DNA from: a virus
Lineage: Duplodnaviria; Caudoviricetes
Virus record (IMG/VR): IMGVR_UViG_3300001487_000119
Coordinates: 64,001-128,000 of that record
Length of the DNA: 64,000 nt
Reading direction: 5' to 3' (one strand)
In this document: one piece after another, positions 1-9,322 of the stretch
Layout: every line of letters begins with the position of its first letter
Numbering within the stretch: the first letter of the stretch is position 1
Made by a program: the position numbers and the translations under genes
The notes under the pieces: generated by a model
Databases searched by the model: none
What the model saw: only the letters and a program-made list of their open reading frames with translations
Told to the model about the DNA's origin: nothing

Positions 1-1
1 T

Positions 2-301
2 AAAAATATGTCTGACATGTTTAGTGATTCATGGTTTAACCAACCATTAAATAATTGGGATGTATCTGGTGTTGAAAATATGGCACATATGTTTTCTGGC
101 TCACAATATGATTAGCCATTAGATAAATGGGATGTATCTAATGTTAAAAATATGGATTCAATGTTTTCTGCATCTCATTTCAGACAAAATATTAGTAATT
201 GGAATATTAGTAAAGACTGTAATACTAATAATATGTGGAGATTAGGCATGTAGTATGATATTAATAAACCGCCAAAAACAAGATTAAGATATAGACGTTA
301 A
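2..301 (+). CDS. 3' fragment of a DUF285/BspA-like repeat protein (2 in-frame TAG)
   Basis: Repeats MFSDSWFNQPLNNWDVSGV / MFSGSQYD*PLDKWDVSNV; TAG at 113-115 sits where the preceding repeat has Q; ends TAA 299-301. Confidence 0.8.
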
Positions 302-336
302 AAAATCTCTAAGATATATTTCTTAGAGATTTTCTT

Positions 337-1884
337 TTAGAATAATGATGAAACATAACATAAATCTGAAGTAAAAGGTTGATATCCGAGAATTTCAATA
401 ATTCTGTTTAACGGTGTTAAAACTAAATCTTCAAATTGTTGGTTATAATCAATCGGCAAAGCAAATTCTAATGGATACTTTCCAGGTGTAAAACCGAAAA
501 CAGGATAATTAGGATCTGTAGTTTTATAGAATTTTACCTTGTCACGAGTTTTAATTGTTTCATATTTTAATTTATATTTCTTATTCTTTGGATTATTTAA
601 TATATAATTATAAATTCCTGCAGCTTTAACATGAATTGGACAATGCTCGCCAAACACAAAATTATTTTTATCATCTAGAATAAATTTATCATAATCAGAA
701 ATCTGAACACTTTTGCAAATATCTTCCGGATTTTGTTTAATAAAATCATCTTTAAATTTCTTAAGCATTGCATAAATATCATCAAATTCCGGTGCATTAT
801 TATGTGTAATATACCAATTCATAATGCTTCTAATAAATTGATCTTGACATTTTTTTGCAAATGGTGGAGTAGAACCTTGAATTAATTCAAGTCCCTTATA
901 GATAACATGTTCACCCGGCGTTACATAGATATTTGGTTCAAGAAAACATTCTGACATTGCATAATGTTTCTTTGCAATCATAATTGCAGTATCAGCAACT
1001 TTTTCAAGTTCAAGATTTTCAAGATTAACATCACAGTTGAATTTTTGTGCATACTCATCATATTTTTTATTCATATATGGGCCAATTCCGTAATTCCACA
1101 TATCAACAACAAAACGTGTCGCTTTATTAAAATCGTGTATTCCTAAAAATGTTGTAACACGCCCAAATTCAACATAAATTGAATCAGTATCACCATTTAT
1201 TGTTAAACTACATGTTGGATCATCTTCCAAATATGATGTTTTGCCCATATATGCAAACGGGTTTTCCTTAGAATTTAATGGATTTTTAGCTTTTAGTGCT
1301 AATGAATTAAGTGGTTCATTTTGTGTAATTTTGCCTTTATTAATTTCAAATTCTTTTATTTTTTCGTAAGGTTCTCCAAGATATTCGCCAAAAGATGTTT
1401 TAACTGAAACTTTTTTAAGTAAAGCTTTCATTTCTTTTGATAAATTATCTTGATCTTTAACTTCATTTTTACTTATTGGCAATTTAACTAAAACCCATTG
1501 TTTATCCGGTGTTTTAGCATAAAAATCATCAGTGGTTTCAATATCATATTTTTCCATCCACTCGAATAAAGGAACATAAATAATTCTGTTATATTCTTCT
1601 TGTGATTGAAAAATTCCCCTAAAATACTTATTGACACAGTTTTCTGAATAGTGGTTCAAATCCTGTCCTTGAAGTGTAATTGATTCAGCGACTGCGGTAT
1701 TATGACCAACGAAATACTTACTTGCGCAACTTCCATATACCGAATTAATAAATGTTTTAATAGCCAATTGTTTAGTTTCGTAATATCCTGATAAACTTTT
1801 ACACTCATTAATTGCATTATATAATTCTTCTTTAGAACAATTATCCGGATCTATTTCTATAAATTTGCTTTTATAAACTGCCAT
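337..1884 (-). CDS. Family B DNA polymerase, C-terminal part (split gp43B-like)
   Basis: Motif B QLAIKTFINSVYG near the N-terminus, motif C NGDTDS, KKHYA, KGLE; no motif A or exonuclease domain. Confidence 0.85.
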   Translation of the reverse strand: MAVYKSKFIEIDPDNCSKEELYNAINECKSLSGYYETKQLAIKTFINSVYGSCASKYFVGHNTAVAESITLQGQDLNHYSENCVNKYFRGIFQSQEEYNRIIYVPLFEWMEKYDIETTDDFYAKTPDKQWVLVKLPISKNEVKDQDNLSKEMKALLKKVSVKTSFGEYLGEPYEKIKEFEINKGKITQNEPLNSLALKAKNPLNSKENPFAYMGKTSYLEDDPTCSLTINGDTDSIYVEFGRVTTFLGIHDFNKATRFVVDMWNYGIGPYMNKKYDEYAQKFNCDVNLENLELEKVADTAIMIAKKHYAMSECFLEPNIYVTPGEHVIYKGLELIQGSTPPFAKKCQDQFIRSIMNWYITHNNAPEFDDIYAMLKKFKDDFIKQNPEDICKSVQISDYDKFILDDKNNFVFGEHCPIHVKAAGIYNYILNNPKNKKYKLKYETIKTRDKVKFYKTTDPNYPVFGFTPGKYPLEFALPIDYNQQFEDLVLTPLNRIIEILGYQPFTSDLCYVSSLF

Positions 1885-1910
1885 ATAATTTTATTAATTT
1901 TATTTTATAA

Positions 1911-2081
1911 TTATATGTTTTTATTATTTTTTGTTTTAATTAAATATTCAATGAACTTCCAAAAATGTTGTTCAAGTAAAACTTCATTATATGTTTCGTC
2001 TATTTTTTCTAAACTAGATTTTGGAACTCCAGAAATCTCATATATTTTTTGTTTAAAATAATCTAAATCAATTGTTTCCAT
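1911..2081 (-). CDS. Small hypothetical protein
   Basis: METIDLDYF... ORF tightly packed between the HNH and polymerase genes. Confidence 0.45.
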   Translation of the reverse strand: METIDLDYFKQKIYEISGVPKSSLEKIDETYNEVLLEQHFWKFIEYLIKTKNNKNI

Positions 2082-2454
2082 TATATTTCTCAAAATAAAA
2101 TTTTATTTCTTGCGGATGTTCTTCTACTAAACCATACTTAATCATCATTCGATATGTAAAATTTCGCTAGCAACATATCAATCCATGTTGTAATTCTTCT
2201 CTAAATCCTTCTATATCATTGGAGCCTTTTCTAAAATTACATGCTCTGCATGATGGATTTAGATTTTCTATAGAATCATCACCTGTATAATCTTTTGGTA
2301 ATAATTTTTCTTTATCTTTTTCAGACCAATTATGAAATACAGGTTTAATGTGATCTACCTGCATATCTTTATAATCCAATTCGCATCCGCAATATGCGCA
2401 GTGTTTATTGTATTTGTTCCAAATTTGTTCCCTCTATATTTTGTTTAGTTTCAT
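2068..2454 (-). CDS. HNH endonuclease (2 in-frame TAG)
   Basis: With read-through: MKLNKI(Q)REQIWNKYNKHCAYCG...VDHIKP...NLNPSCRACNFRKG; ends TGA. Confidence 0.85.
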
Positions 2455-2872
2455 TATTATCTTCTGCTAATTTTTTAAGTGCAAATAGAACAATAGATTC
2501 CATTGAATCATTATATGTTTGACATGAACATTTATATATTTCATTTTCACTTACCCACCATATTCCATGCCAAAGTGGGAAAAAATATTCAGTAGTTTCT
2601 ATTTCTTTTCTTTCAATAAATCTATGAGGTTCAACCCATATTTTCAGATTTTTTATTTCTCTCAACCAATCACATATTTGTGATAAAGTTGGTGCAGACA
2701 TTACTGCATTATAGATTGCATTTTCACATTCTTCATTCCAGTCTCTATATTCGCCTTCTTCATATAATTCATATTCTGCATTTGATGTTTTTGCTAAATA
2801 GAAACTATTGGTTTTTTCGTGAAAACCAACTTTTTGCAATAATTTAGCTATTTCAATTGATACTTTTTTCAT
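2405..2872 (-). CDS. Hypothetical phage protein
   Basis: 155 aa ORF; EIAKLL..GF...SAPTLSQICDWLRE pattern, which I recall from Bacteroidetes phage proteins. Confidence 0.6.
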   Translation of the reverse strand: MKKVSIEIAKLLQKVGFHEKTNSFYLAKTSNAEYELYEEGEYRDWNEECENAIYNAVMSAPTLSQICDWLREIKNLKIWVEPHRFIERKEIETTEYFFPLWHGIWWVSENEIYKCSCQTYNDSMESIVLFALKKLAEDNNETKQNIEGTNLEQIQ

Positions 2873-2877
2873 AATTA

Positions 2878-3639
2878 TTACTTATCTGTTTGTTCTAATT
2901 GTTTAATTTGTAACTTATTCCATAATTTAATTACTTCATGTTCTTTTTCATATTTTAAATCTAAATTATATTTAGATTCATCTTCAACACGATTCAAAAT
3001 ATCCGGATTATAACCAAATTCTTTCATAGCATCACGCAATGCGATATTCCATACAATATCTCCGTTTTCATCATTATTAAGAACTTCAACTTTATATTTA
3101 GAAAAAGCCTGAGAAGATGTGTCAAGCATCATTGCAGAAAGCTCAATTGTATCTTTTCCCATTTGTAAAATTTTTCTTGAACTATCCCATAAATTTTTTG
3201 TGGTGATGCTTAATGTATCAATTCTATACGGGTTTTCAAAATTGACAATTCTGGCCAGATTTGCAACATACATATCTTCTGTATATAACACTGCTGTATA
3301 TTTTGAAAAATCAATATTATATTTTTTGAAATATTCGTCTCGACTAATATTCGGAAGTGGTGTATCATTATGGACTTCAGTAACTATTAAAATAATATAA
3401 TCACCAAATTCCCGTTTTGACATACGCCACGTACTATTTACAATTTCATTAATAATCTCTTCGGAATATCTGGATTTTTCAAAAATTGCATAATAATGTT
3501 CACATTCGATATGCTTACATTTGCCAATTTCACCAGCAGTATAATAAAACTCTAAATCTTCTGGATATTTGATAGTTGTTTCACACATTTCATTCCATCC
3601 AGAAACTTTAATTTTTTGTTCAATCAATTTTGTTTTCAT
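2878..3639 (-). CDS. Hypothetical protein
   Basis: 253 aa ORF in the operon downstream of the gp46-like gene. Confidence 0.6.
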   Translation of the reverse strand: MKTKLIEQKIKVSGWNEMCETTIKYPEDLEFYYTAGEIGKCKHIECEHYYAIFEKSRYSEEIINEIVNSTWRMSKREFGDYIILIVTEVHNDTPLPNISRDEYFKKYNIDFSKYTAVLYTEDMYVANLARIVNFENPYRIDTLSITTKNLWDSSRKILQMGKDTIELSAMMLDTSSQAFSKYKVEVLNNDENGDIVWNIALRDAMKEFGYNPDILNRVEDESKYNLDLKYEKEHEVIKLWNKLQIKQLEQTDK

Positions 3640-3653
3640 ATATTTAATATTTT

Positions 3654-5324
3654 TTAGTTAATTGCTTTTGTTATTTCTATTTTTGAAAAACCGTCTTTTG
3701 TTACACTAATGATTTTATTAAAATTATCAAGATATAAATCAGTATGTGAAACAATAAAACAACTTAAATTATTTTCTTGTGCAAAATGTCTCAAGAAATC
3801 AAGAACTAATCCGGATGTTTCATTGTCAAGTGAAGATAAAACTTCATCAATAGATAATATATTAATTGATGGAAATCTTCTCTTCAATAATTTAAATAAA
3901 CTACAAAGAACAATTAAATCCACGCGTGTTTCTTCACCATCTGATAATGATTCTGGCGTCAATTCAACTCCAAGTTCTTTGAGGTGTGGTTCAAATTTAG
4001 TGTCAATTTCCAATTGATATGGGAAATTAACCAAGTCCAGATTATCTTCAATTTCTTTATTCAAGATTGGTAAATAATTTACAATAACTTTTTGTTTAAC
4101 ACCGTCAATAGAATAAACAATTGCTAATGTCTGTAATTCTTTTAATTTTGCAGAATCTTCAGACAGTTGTTTATTAATATCTTCTATTTGTTTTGTTGTA
4201 TTATTGATAATATTATTAATTCCCTGGAACTCTGCATTATTCTTAAGTTGTTCATTCAATGCATTATTCTGTGCAGTTAATTGCTGAATATCAGAATTTA
4301 ATTGATATATTGCAGTATTCAGTTTTCCAATATATTCTGTTATTGCATTATAATCTACATTTGCTTTTTCTAATTGTTTATTAAGTTCTATAGTTATATT
4401 ATCTTTTTCTGCTTTAAGATTTAAAAGTTTAGTTTTCAAATCTTTAACAGAATCTGTTGAGAATGACATTCCGCATGTCGGGCATTTGTCTTGAGAATAC
4501 AAATCAATTTTTTGGTGAATAACTTGAATATTATAATTATTCTCATATTGTTTTTGCTTGATTTCTGTAATGCTTCCTAATGCTTCAGTTTGTTTTTGAG
4601 TATAAGTTGACAATGCATCTGTCAATTTTTTAATATTCTCATTATCTTTTGAAATCTTTTCAGTATTTGTTCTAATAATTTCTTTATTCTCTTCAGTTTG
4701 TGAAGATTGTTGAAGTTTTGATAATTCAATATTTGCATTATTCAAAGTTTGTGTCAATTGGAACAAAGTATTATTATTAGAATTAATCATATTTCCAATT
4801 TCACGGGCGTCTTTTTTAATTTTCTCAAATGCAATATTGACAACTTCAAGATTGAAAACTCTATCAATAATTTCTTTTCGATCTGCTGGAGACATAGTTA
4901 AAAATGATTTGAATTTCTTCATAGAAATAGAAATCATATTAGAAAATGCCTTAATAGGAATATCTGCAATTTCTTTATCAATATAATCTTGTGCAGATGA
5001 AACACCATAAGAATTGATATTAACTCCATCACGGAAAACCTGCAAATCATTAGGAGTGAATGAACGTTCAATAATATATTCATGCCCGCCTTTTTCAATA
5101 ACAGCTTTAACCCAGCCATGTTTATTGATTCGGTTATGAATTGCAGATTTTGTCAATCCTGGAGTTTTTCCAAATAATGCTATACATGGAAGTGAGAGAA
5201 TTGTAGATTTTCCGGAACCTGAAATTCCTTTTAACAAAACTAATTCTCCATCAACAAATTCAACTTTTTGAATTTCTTCTCCAAATGATCTAATATTTTT
5301 CCACTCAATCGATTTAAATTTCAT
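3654..5324 (-). CDS. Recombination ATPase, gp46/SbcC/Rad50-like
   Basis: KNIRSFG, Walker A GISGSGKST, coiled coil with CPTC zinc hook, LSDGE signature, SIDE Walker B, VSH. Confidence 0.93.
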   Translation of the reverse strand: MKFKSIEWKNIRSFGEEIQKVEFVDGELVLLKGISGSGKSTILSLPCIALFGKTPGLTKSAIHNRINKHGWVKAVIEKGGHEYIIERSFTPNDLQVFRDGVNINSYGVSSAQDYIDKEIADIPIKAFSNMISISMKKFKSFLTMSPADRKEIIDRVFNLEVVNIAFEKIKKDAREIGNMINSNNNTLFQLTQTLNNANIELSKLQQSSQTEENKEIIRTNTEKISKDNENIKKLTDALSTYTQKQTEALGSITEIKQKQYENNYNIQVIHQKIDLYSQDKCPTCGMSFSTDSVKDLKTKLLNLKAEKDNITIELNKQLEKANVDYNAITEYIGKLNTAIYQLNSDIQQLTAQNNALNEQLKNNAEFQGINNIINNTTKQIEDINKQLSEDSAKLKELQTLAIVYSIDGVKQKVIVNYLPILNKEIEDNLDLVNFPYQLEIDTKFEPHLKELGVELTPESLSDGEETRVDLIVLCSLFKLLKRRFPSINILSIDEVLSSLDNETSGLVLDFLRHFAQENNLSCFIVSHTDLYLDNFNKIISVTKDGFSKIEITKAIN

Positions 5325-5349
5325 GTTCTAATTACAATTTTACTTAATT

Positions 5350-5376
5350 ATTATATATAAAAATAATGAATTGTTT
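5350..5376 (-). promoter_or_regulatory. Putative middle promoter AAAC-N17-TATAAT (representative of at least 9 copies)
   Basis: Same motif and 17-18 nt spacing upstream of gp47, primase, SSB, recA, uvsW and others. Confidence 0.6.
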
Positions 5377-5419
5377 CTTAAATAAATATATTGTATAAAT
5401 AAAAAATATAATTAAATAT

Positions 5420-5923
5420 ATGAAAAGCGTTAGCAAAAAAGCTTTATATGAAAGCATTATGACTTCGGTTGCTAAACAAGTAAAGAAAACATTGAATGAG
5501 AATAATAATGTGAATGATAATGCAGATTAGTTGAAGGAGTTAATTGCAGAGCATGAAAGTAGGCTTAGAGTATTAAAAAGAAAGCTTGCAGTATTAGAAA
5601 GTGAAAAGGAAATAATAGATGCGTTTGCAAAAGGTATTAATGACTGGACTGATTGGCATGATTCACATTATAGCAATTATATTCGTGAAGGTGAAGAAGG
5701 AAAAGAGTTAATAGAAGCCAGTGGTGGAATATGTAATTATATATATGAAACTGGTTGTAAAGATATGTATTCGTTTATTGAAGATTGTTTAGATGATATA
5801 GATATAGATATAGATGATGATGATTTTGAATTTGATGAAGATTTTATAGAGGATTTTATTAAAGAACATGATGAAGAAATTAATGGTGTATTGGCATCAG
5901 ATTATGGATATGTCTTTGAATAA
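5420..5923 (+). CDS. Leader-A family protein with acidic cargo (1 TAG)
   Basis: MKSVSKKALYESIMTSVAKQVKKTLNE..., in frame through TAG 5528 with the 5531 ORF. Confidence 0.75.
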
Positions 5924-6050
5924 TGATTAATTATATAATTTATTAAAAAATATAAAATTAAAGAAATCGGATTTCTTTCCTTTTTATTTCTTATTATTTT
6001 TGAAATTTATCACAATAAATAAATATATTATAAAAAATAATATAATAATT

Positions 6051-6461
6051 ATGAAAAGAGATAACAAAAAAGCTTTATATGAAAGCATTATGACTTCTGT
6101 AGCTAGAGAAGTTAAAAAGACTTTAAATGAAACTGTAGTAGATACAGAAGATAATGAAACTGAGACAATCAATCATTGTTTAGATGAGATTAAACATTGT
6201 TTGTATAATGGCTGTGATTTTACACAATATAACAAGTATATTGATAGTAAAAAATTTTATGTAATAACTGGATGTATATATGATTGTATTTAGCAAGCTA
6301 GCAATATTGCAAAAAATCTTACAACACTCGCTGAAAATTCTGCAGTATATAAATAGAATTTAAATAATAGTATATCTATATCTATGTTAGAAAAATGCAG
6401 CAATCAATTAGAAGATCTTGATAGTCTTATGAGACGGTTAAAACGCGCATTAAATTATTAA
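6051..6461 (+). CDS. Leader-A family protein (2 TAG)
   Basis: MKRDNKKALYESIMTSVAREVKKTLNE; reads to TAA 6459-6461. Confidence 0.75.
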
Positions 6462-6498
6462 TATTAAAAAGGCGGATTTTATTAATTTTAATTAATAA

Positions 6499-6530
6499 AA
6501 GAGAGAATCAAAGAAATTTGGTTCTCTTTT
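6499..6530. terminator. Rho-independent hairpin terminator
   Basis: aagagagaatcaaa...tttggttctctttt; near-identical inverted copy at about 9271-9302. Confidence 0.6.
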
Positions 6531-6590
6531 ATTTTTGTCTAATTATTTCTTAAATAAATAATAAAAGAAATAAAAGTATATATTATAATT

Positions 6591-7496
6591 ATGCGAAAAA
6601 ATTCTGATTTATATAATAAAATAATGGAGCAAGTTGCAAAAGAAGTTAAACGTTCTTTAAATGAAGTTGACGATATTGCTCCAGTTAAACAAGAAGTTTC
6701 TGGTGAAGTTTATTTAGTTCGCTGCGATGGAATGAATAAGAAAACATTAGATATGTTATCATCTAAATTACCAGCATTTGATAATTATGGTTCCGGTTCT
6801 ATCAGAGTAACATGCAAAACTCATGAAGAAGTTATTAAAGTCATTTCTTTATTGGTTAATTCAAATGTTTTAGATATTGATAATTCTCTTGGACAATCTC
6901 CTAGAATTTCAATTCAAAAAGTTAATAAGAATTCTGTTAATGATTCTGTTAATGAAAATCGTCAAGAGTTATCACGTGATTATATTCAAATGAGCAAAAT
7001 TAAAACACCAAGGCAACGAGTTAAATTTGAAATAATCCAAAAAATTAATAAAGGTGAAATTCCTGCAACTCCTGAAGCAATCCGTGCAGAAATTGATAAA
7101 TCCGGTGAATGGATAGATCGTTCTGAACCAAGAATTCAAATGGATGTTGATCTTATTATGAGAAAAACTACTGATGAAATAATGGAAGGTGATTTTATAA
7201 CAGATTTCATATATTCAAAAGATAATTATGAACCTGGTGAATTTAGTAATGGAATGGAAGCTGCAGAAAATCATGTTAAATGGTTAAAAAAGCATGGGCT
7301 TGGTGTAAGGGTTGAAGAAGGTAGATATTCATTTAAATATTATATTCATTATAGCACTAAAAAACAATTTAATGATTTAGTTCAATGGATGGCATGGCAT
7401 TGTGGATTTACTGATACAATAACAAATCCACCATCAAAAGAAGATAGAAAATATTTTGAAGAAATTGTTAAATCAGGAAAGAAAACTACATGGTAA
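6591..7496 (+). CDS. Divergent leader-A family protein
   Basis: MRKNSDLYNKIMEQVAKEVKRSLNE; AATAAATA upstream. Confidence 0.75.
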   Translation: MRKNSDLYNKIMEQVAKEVKRSLNEVDDIAPVKQEVSGEVYLVRCDGMNKKTLDMLSSKLPAFDNYGSGSIRVTCKTHEEVIKVISLLVNSNVLDIDNSLGQSPRISIQKVNKNSVNDSVNENRQELSRDYIQMSKIKTPRQRVKFEIIQKINKGEIPATPEAIRAEIDKSGEWIDRSEPRIQMDVDLIMRKTTDEIMEGDFITDFIYSKDNYEPGEFSNGMEAAENHVKWLKKHGLGVRVEEGRYSFKYYIHYSTKKQFNDLVQWMAWHCGFTDTITNPPSKEDRKYFEEIVKSGKKTTW

Positions 7497-7506
7497 AACA
7501 AATAAT

Positions 7507-7534
7507 AAAGGAATCAAATTAAATGATTCCTTTA
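7507..7534. terminator. Bidirectional terminator between convergent genes
   Basis: aaaggaatca-aattaaa-tgattcctttt. Confidence 0.65.
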
Positions 7535-7537
7535 TTT

Positions 7538-8659
7538 TTAATCATTTGCAATTTCTGCTTCAGCATCTTTTAAATACTGATCACTTGTTTTTATTAATTG
7601 CAATTTAAATTCTTCACTGACATCTAAATCATTAATAGCTTCATTTATTAGTTCAGATGTTGTTTTTTCTTTATATTCTATATTCTCATCAACATTAACA
7701 CTTAGTGTTTGTCTGCTAATAACGGGTTTGACAAATTTTGCGGTTGTTCCAATTCCTAAATTATAAATATCAAATTTCTTTTTATATTCTGGAATATTTT
7801 CTTCTTTAATGATAATATAATTATAATTGTTGTTTAGAAATTCTTGTCGTTCTCCAATAGACATTTCAACATATTTTTCCATTAATAAACTGTGATATAT
7901 TGGGCTATAATGATTTTCAATAAATTCATGTTTATTAGTTTTAAGATTAAGCAAATATAATCCTTTTTGATTTCCAATATCTTTTTTATCCATATGATAT
8001 GGTGAACCAACATATATACATTTCTTTGTTTCTTGACGTTTATGAATATGTCCTGAATAAACAACCCCATTAAATGCATCTGTATTGACACCTTCAGTAA
8101 TAAGCATTCCATTGTCAAATCGCATTTTTGCTAAATCTGTATGCATAAATGCATATTTGGCTTTATTGTTTTCTATTAAACAATTTGTTTCTTGTGAATG
8201 ATCGCCTAAATATGGAATTGCAATAATTTTAGTATGTTTAGCACCTTCATAATTTATATTCAATATAGTTGGTTCAGTAATAAGATGGACATTATTTATA
8301 TATTGAATCGCACGAAGTGAAGTGTTTCCTGTATTAGTTTTCTTTGCTAAATCATGATTTCCATTTATAATATAAGTTTCTATTTCTTTAGCAATATCTT
8401 CAAATACATCAATTGCTAAATTATAAACATTAATATCAGTGGCTCTGCGATCATTAAAAGTATCCCCAAGGTTCACCAGAACCATTCTTTCACCATCTTT
8501 TAATGAGGTTTTAAGTTCTTTAACCTTTGGAATAAAAAAGTCATAGAAATAGTTTTTCATATTCTCTTGCCACTCTTCTGAATTAACATGAGTGCCAAAA
8601 TGAATATCAGAAATCATTAAAATATGCGATGCTTTAATGTCTATTTGTTTTGTTTCCAT
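7538..8659 (-). CDS. Recombination nuclease, gp47/SbcD/Mre11-like metallophosphoesterase
   Basis: SDIHFG, LGDTF, GNHD, SGHIH, YVGSP motifs. Confidence 0.93.
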   Translation of the reverse strand: METKQIDIKASHILMISDIHFGTHVNSEEWQENMKNYFYDFFIPKVKELKTSLKDGERMVLVNLGDTFNDRRATDINVYNLAIDVFEDIAKEIETYIINGNHDLAKKTNTGNTSLRAIQYINNVHLITEPTILNINYEGAKHTKIIAIPYLGDHSQETNCLIENNKAKYAFMHTDLAKMRFDNGMLITEGVNTDAFNGVVYSGHIHKRQETKKCIYVGSPYHMDKKDIGNQKGLYLLNLKTNKHEFIENHYSPIYHSLLMEKYVEMSIGERQEFLNNNYNYIIIKEENIPEYKKKFDIYNLGIGTTAKFVKPVISRQTLSVNVDENIEYKEKTTSELINEAINDLDVSEEFKLQLIKTSDQYLKDAEAEIAND

Positions 8660-8720
8660 TATTTAATAAAACATTTTTATATTATAAATTATATACAAAA
8701 ATTTGAAATGGTTTAATCTA

Positions 8721-8736
8721 AATAAATATATTGATA
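8721..8736 (+). promoter_or_regulatory. Putative late promoter AATAAATA(TATTGATA) (representative copy)
   Basis: Extended motif repeated at 27947, 37475, 58212, 63246-63261(-); core motif upstream of sheath, gp15-like and head-core genes; resembles T4 TATAAATA. Confidence 0.6.
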
Positions 8737-8756
8737 ATAAAAAATAATTTAATAAT

Positions 8757-9203
8757 ATGAAAAAGATAGTAAAAAAAGCTTTATATGAAAGCATTATGAC
8801 ATCTGTGGCTAAAGAAGTTAAGAAAGTATTGAATGAATCAGATTCATTAAGTGATTCATTAAATGATATTAAAAAACAACTTATTGAAAATGGTGATGGA
8901 ATATATTTTGTATATAGCGATTATATATCACGTGATGCAGCATACCTTTATGTTGTTAAAAATGGAGAAATTATTCATCAAGAACACCCAAGTTGTTTTA
9001 TGACACTTAATTATTATGGCGATGGTAAGCCATGCGGTATTATTCCTTCATTAAATAAATTAATTCGTGAATATTATGAATTAAATTTATATGTAGCAAA
9101 TAAAGGCTGGTATACATTTCCGCAAAAATGGAGAGAATGTGATTGGACTACAACACTTGAAAAATATGGTATTAATTCTACACTAATAAATATTGATATT
9201 TAA
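8757..9203 (+). CDS. Leader-A family protein
   Basis: MKKIVKKALYESIMTSVAKEVKKVLNE. Confidence 0.8.
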   Translation: MKKIVKKALYESIMTSVAKEVKKVLNESDSLSDSLNDIKKQLIENGDGIYFVYSDYISRDAAYLYVVKNGEIIHQEHPSCFMTLNYYGDGKPCGIIPSLNKLIREYYELNLYVANKGWYTFPQKWRECDWTTTLEKYGINSTLINIDI

Positions 9204-9322
9204 TTAAAATAAAAGGAATCATTTAATTTGGTTCCTTTTATTTTAATTTTAGTTTAATTTTAATAAAATAAAAAGAGAACCAAATTTTTTTGATTCTCTT
9301 TTCTTTATTATGTTTTTCAGAA

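Noticed and set aside
1200-1600. Intein or intron in the polymerase insertion
   Set aside because: No C/S...HN intein termini or LAGLIDADG motif, and the frame is uninterrupted
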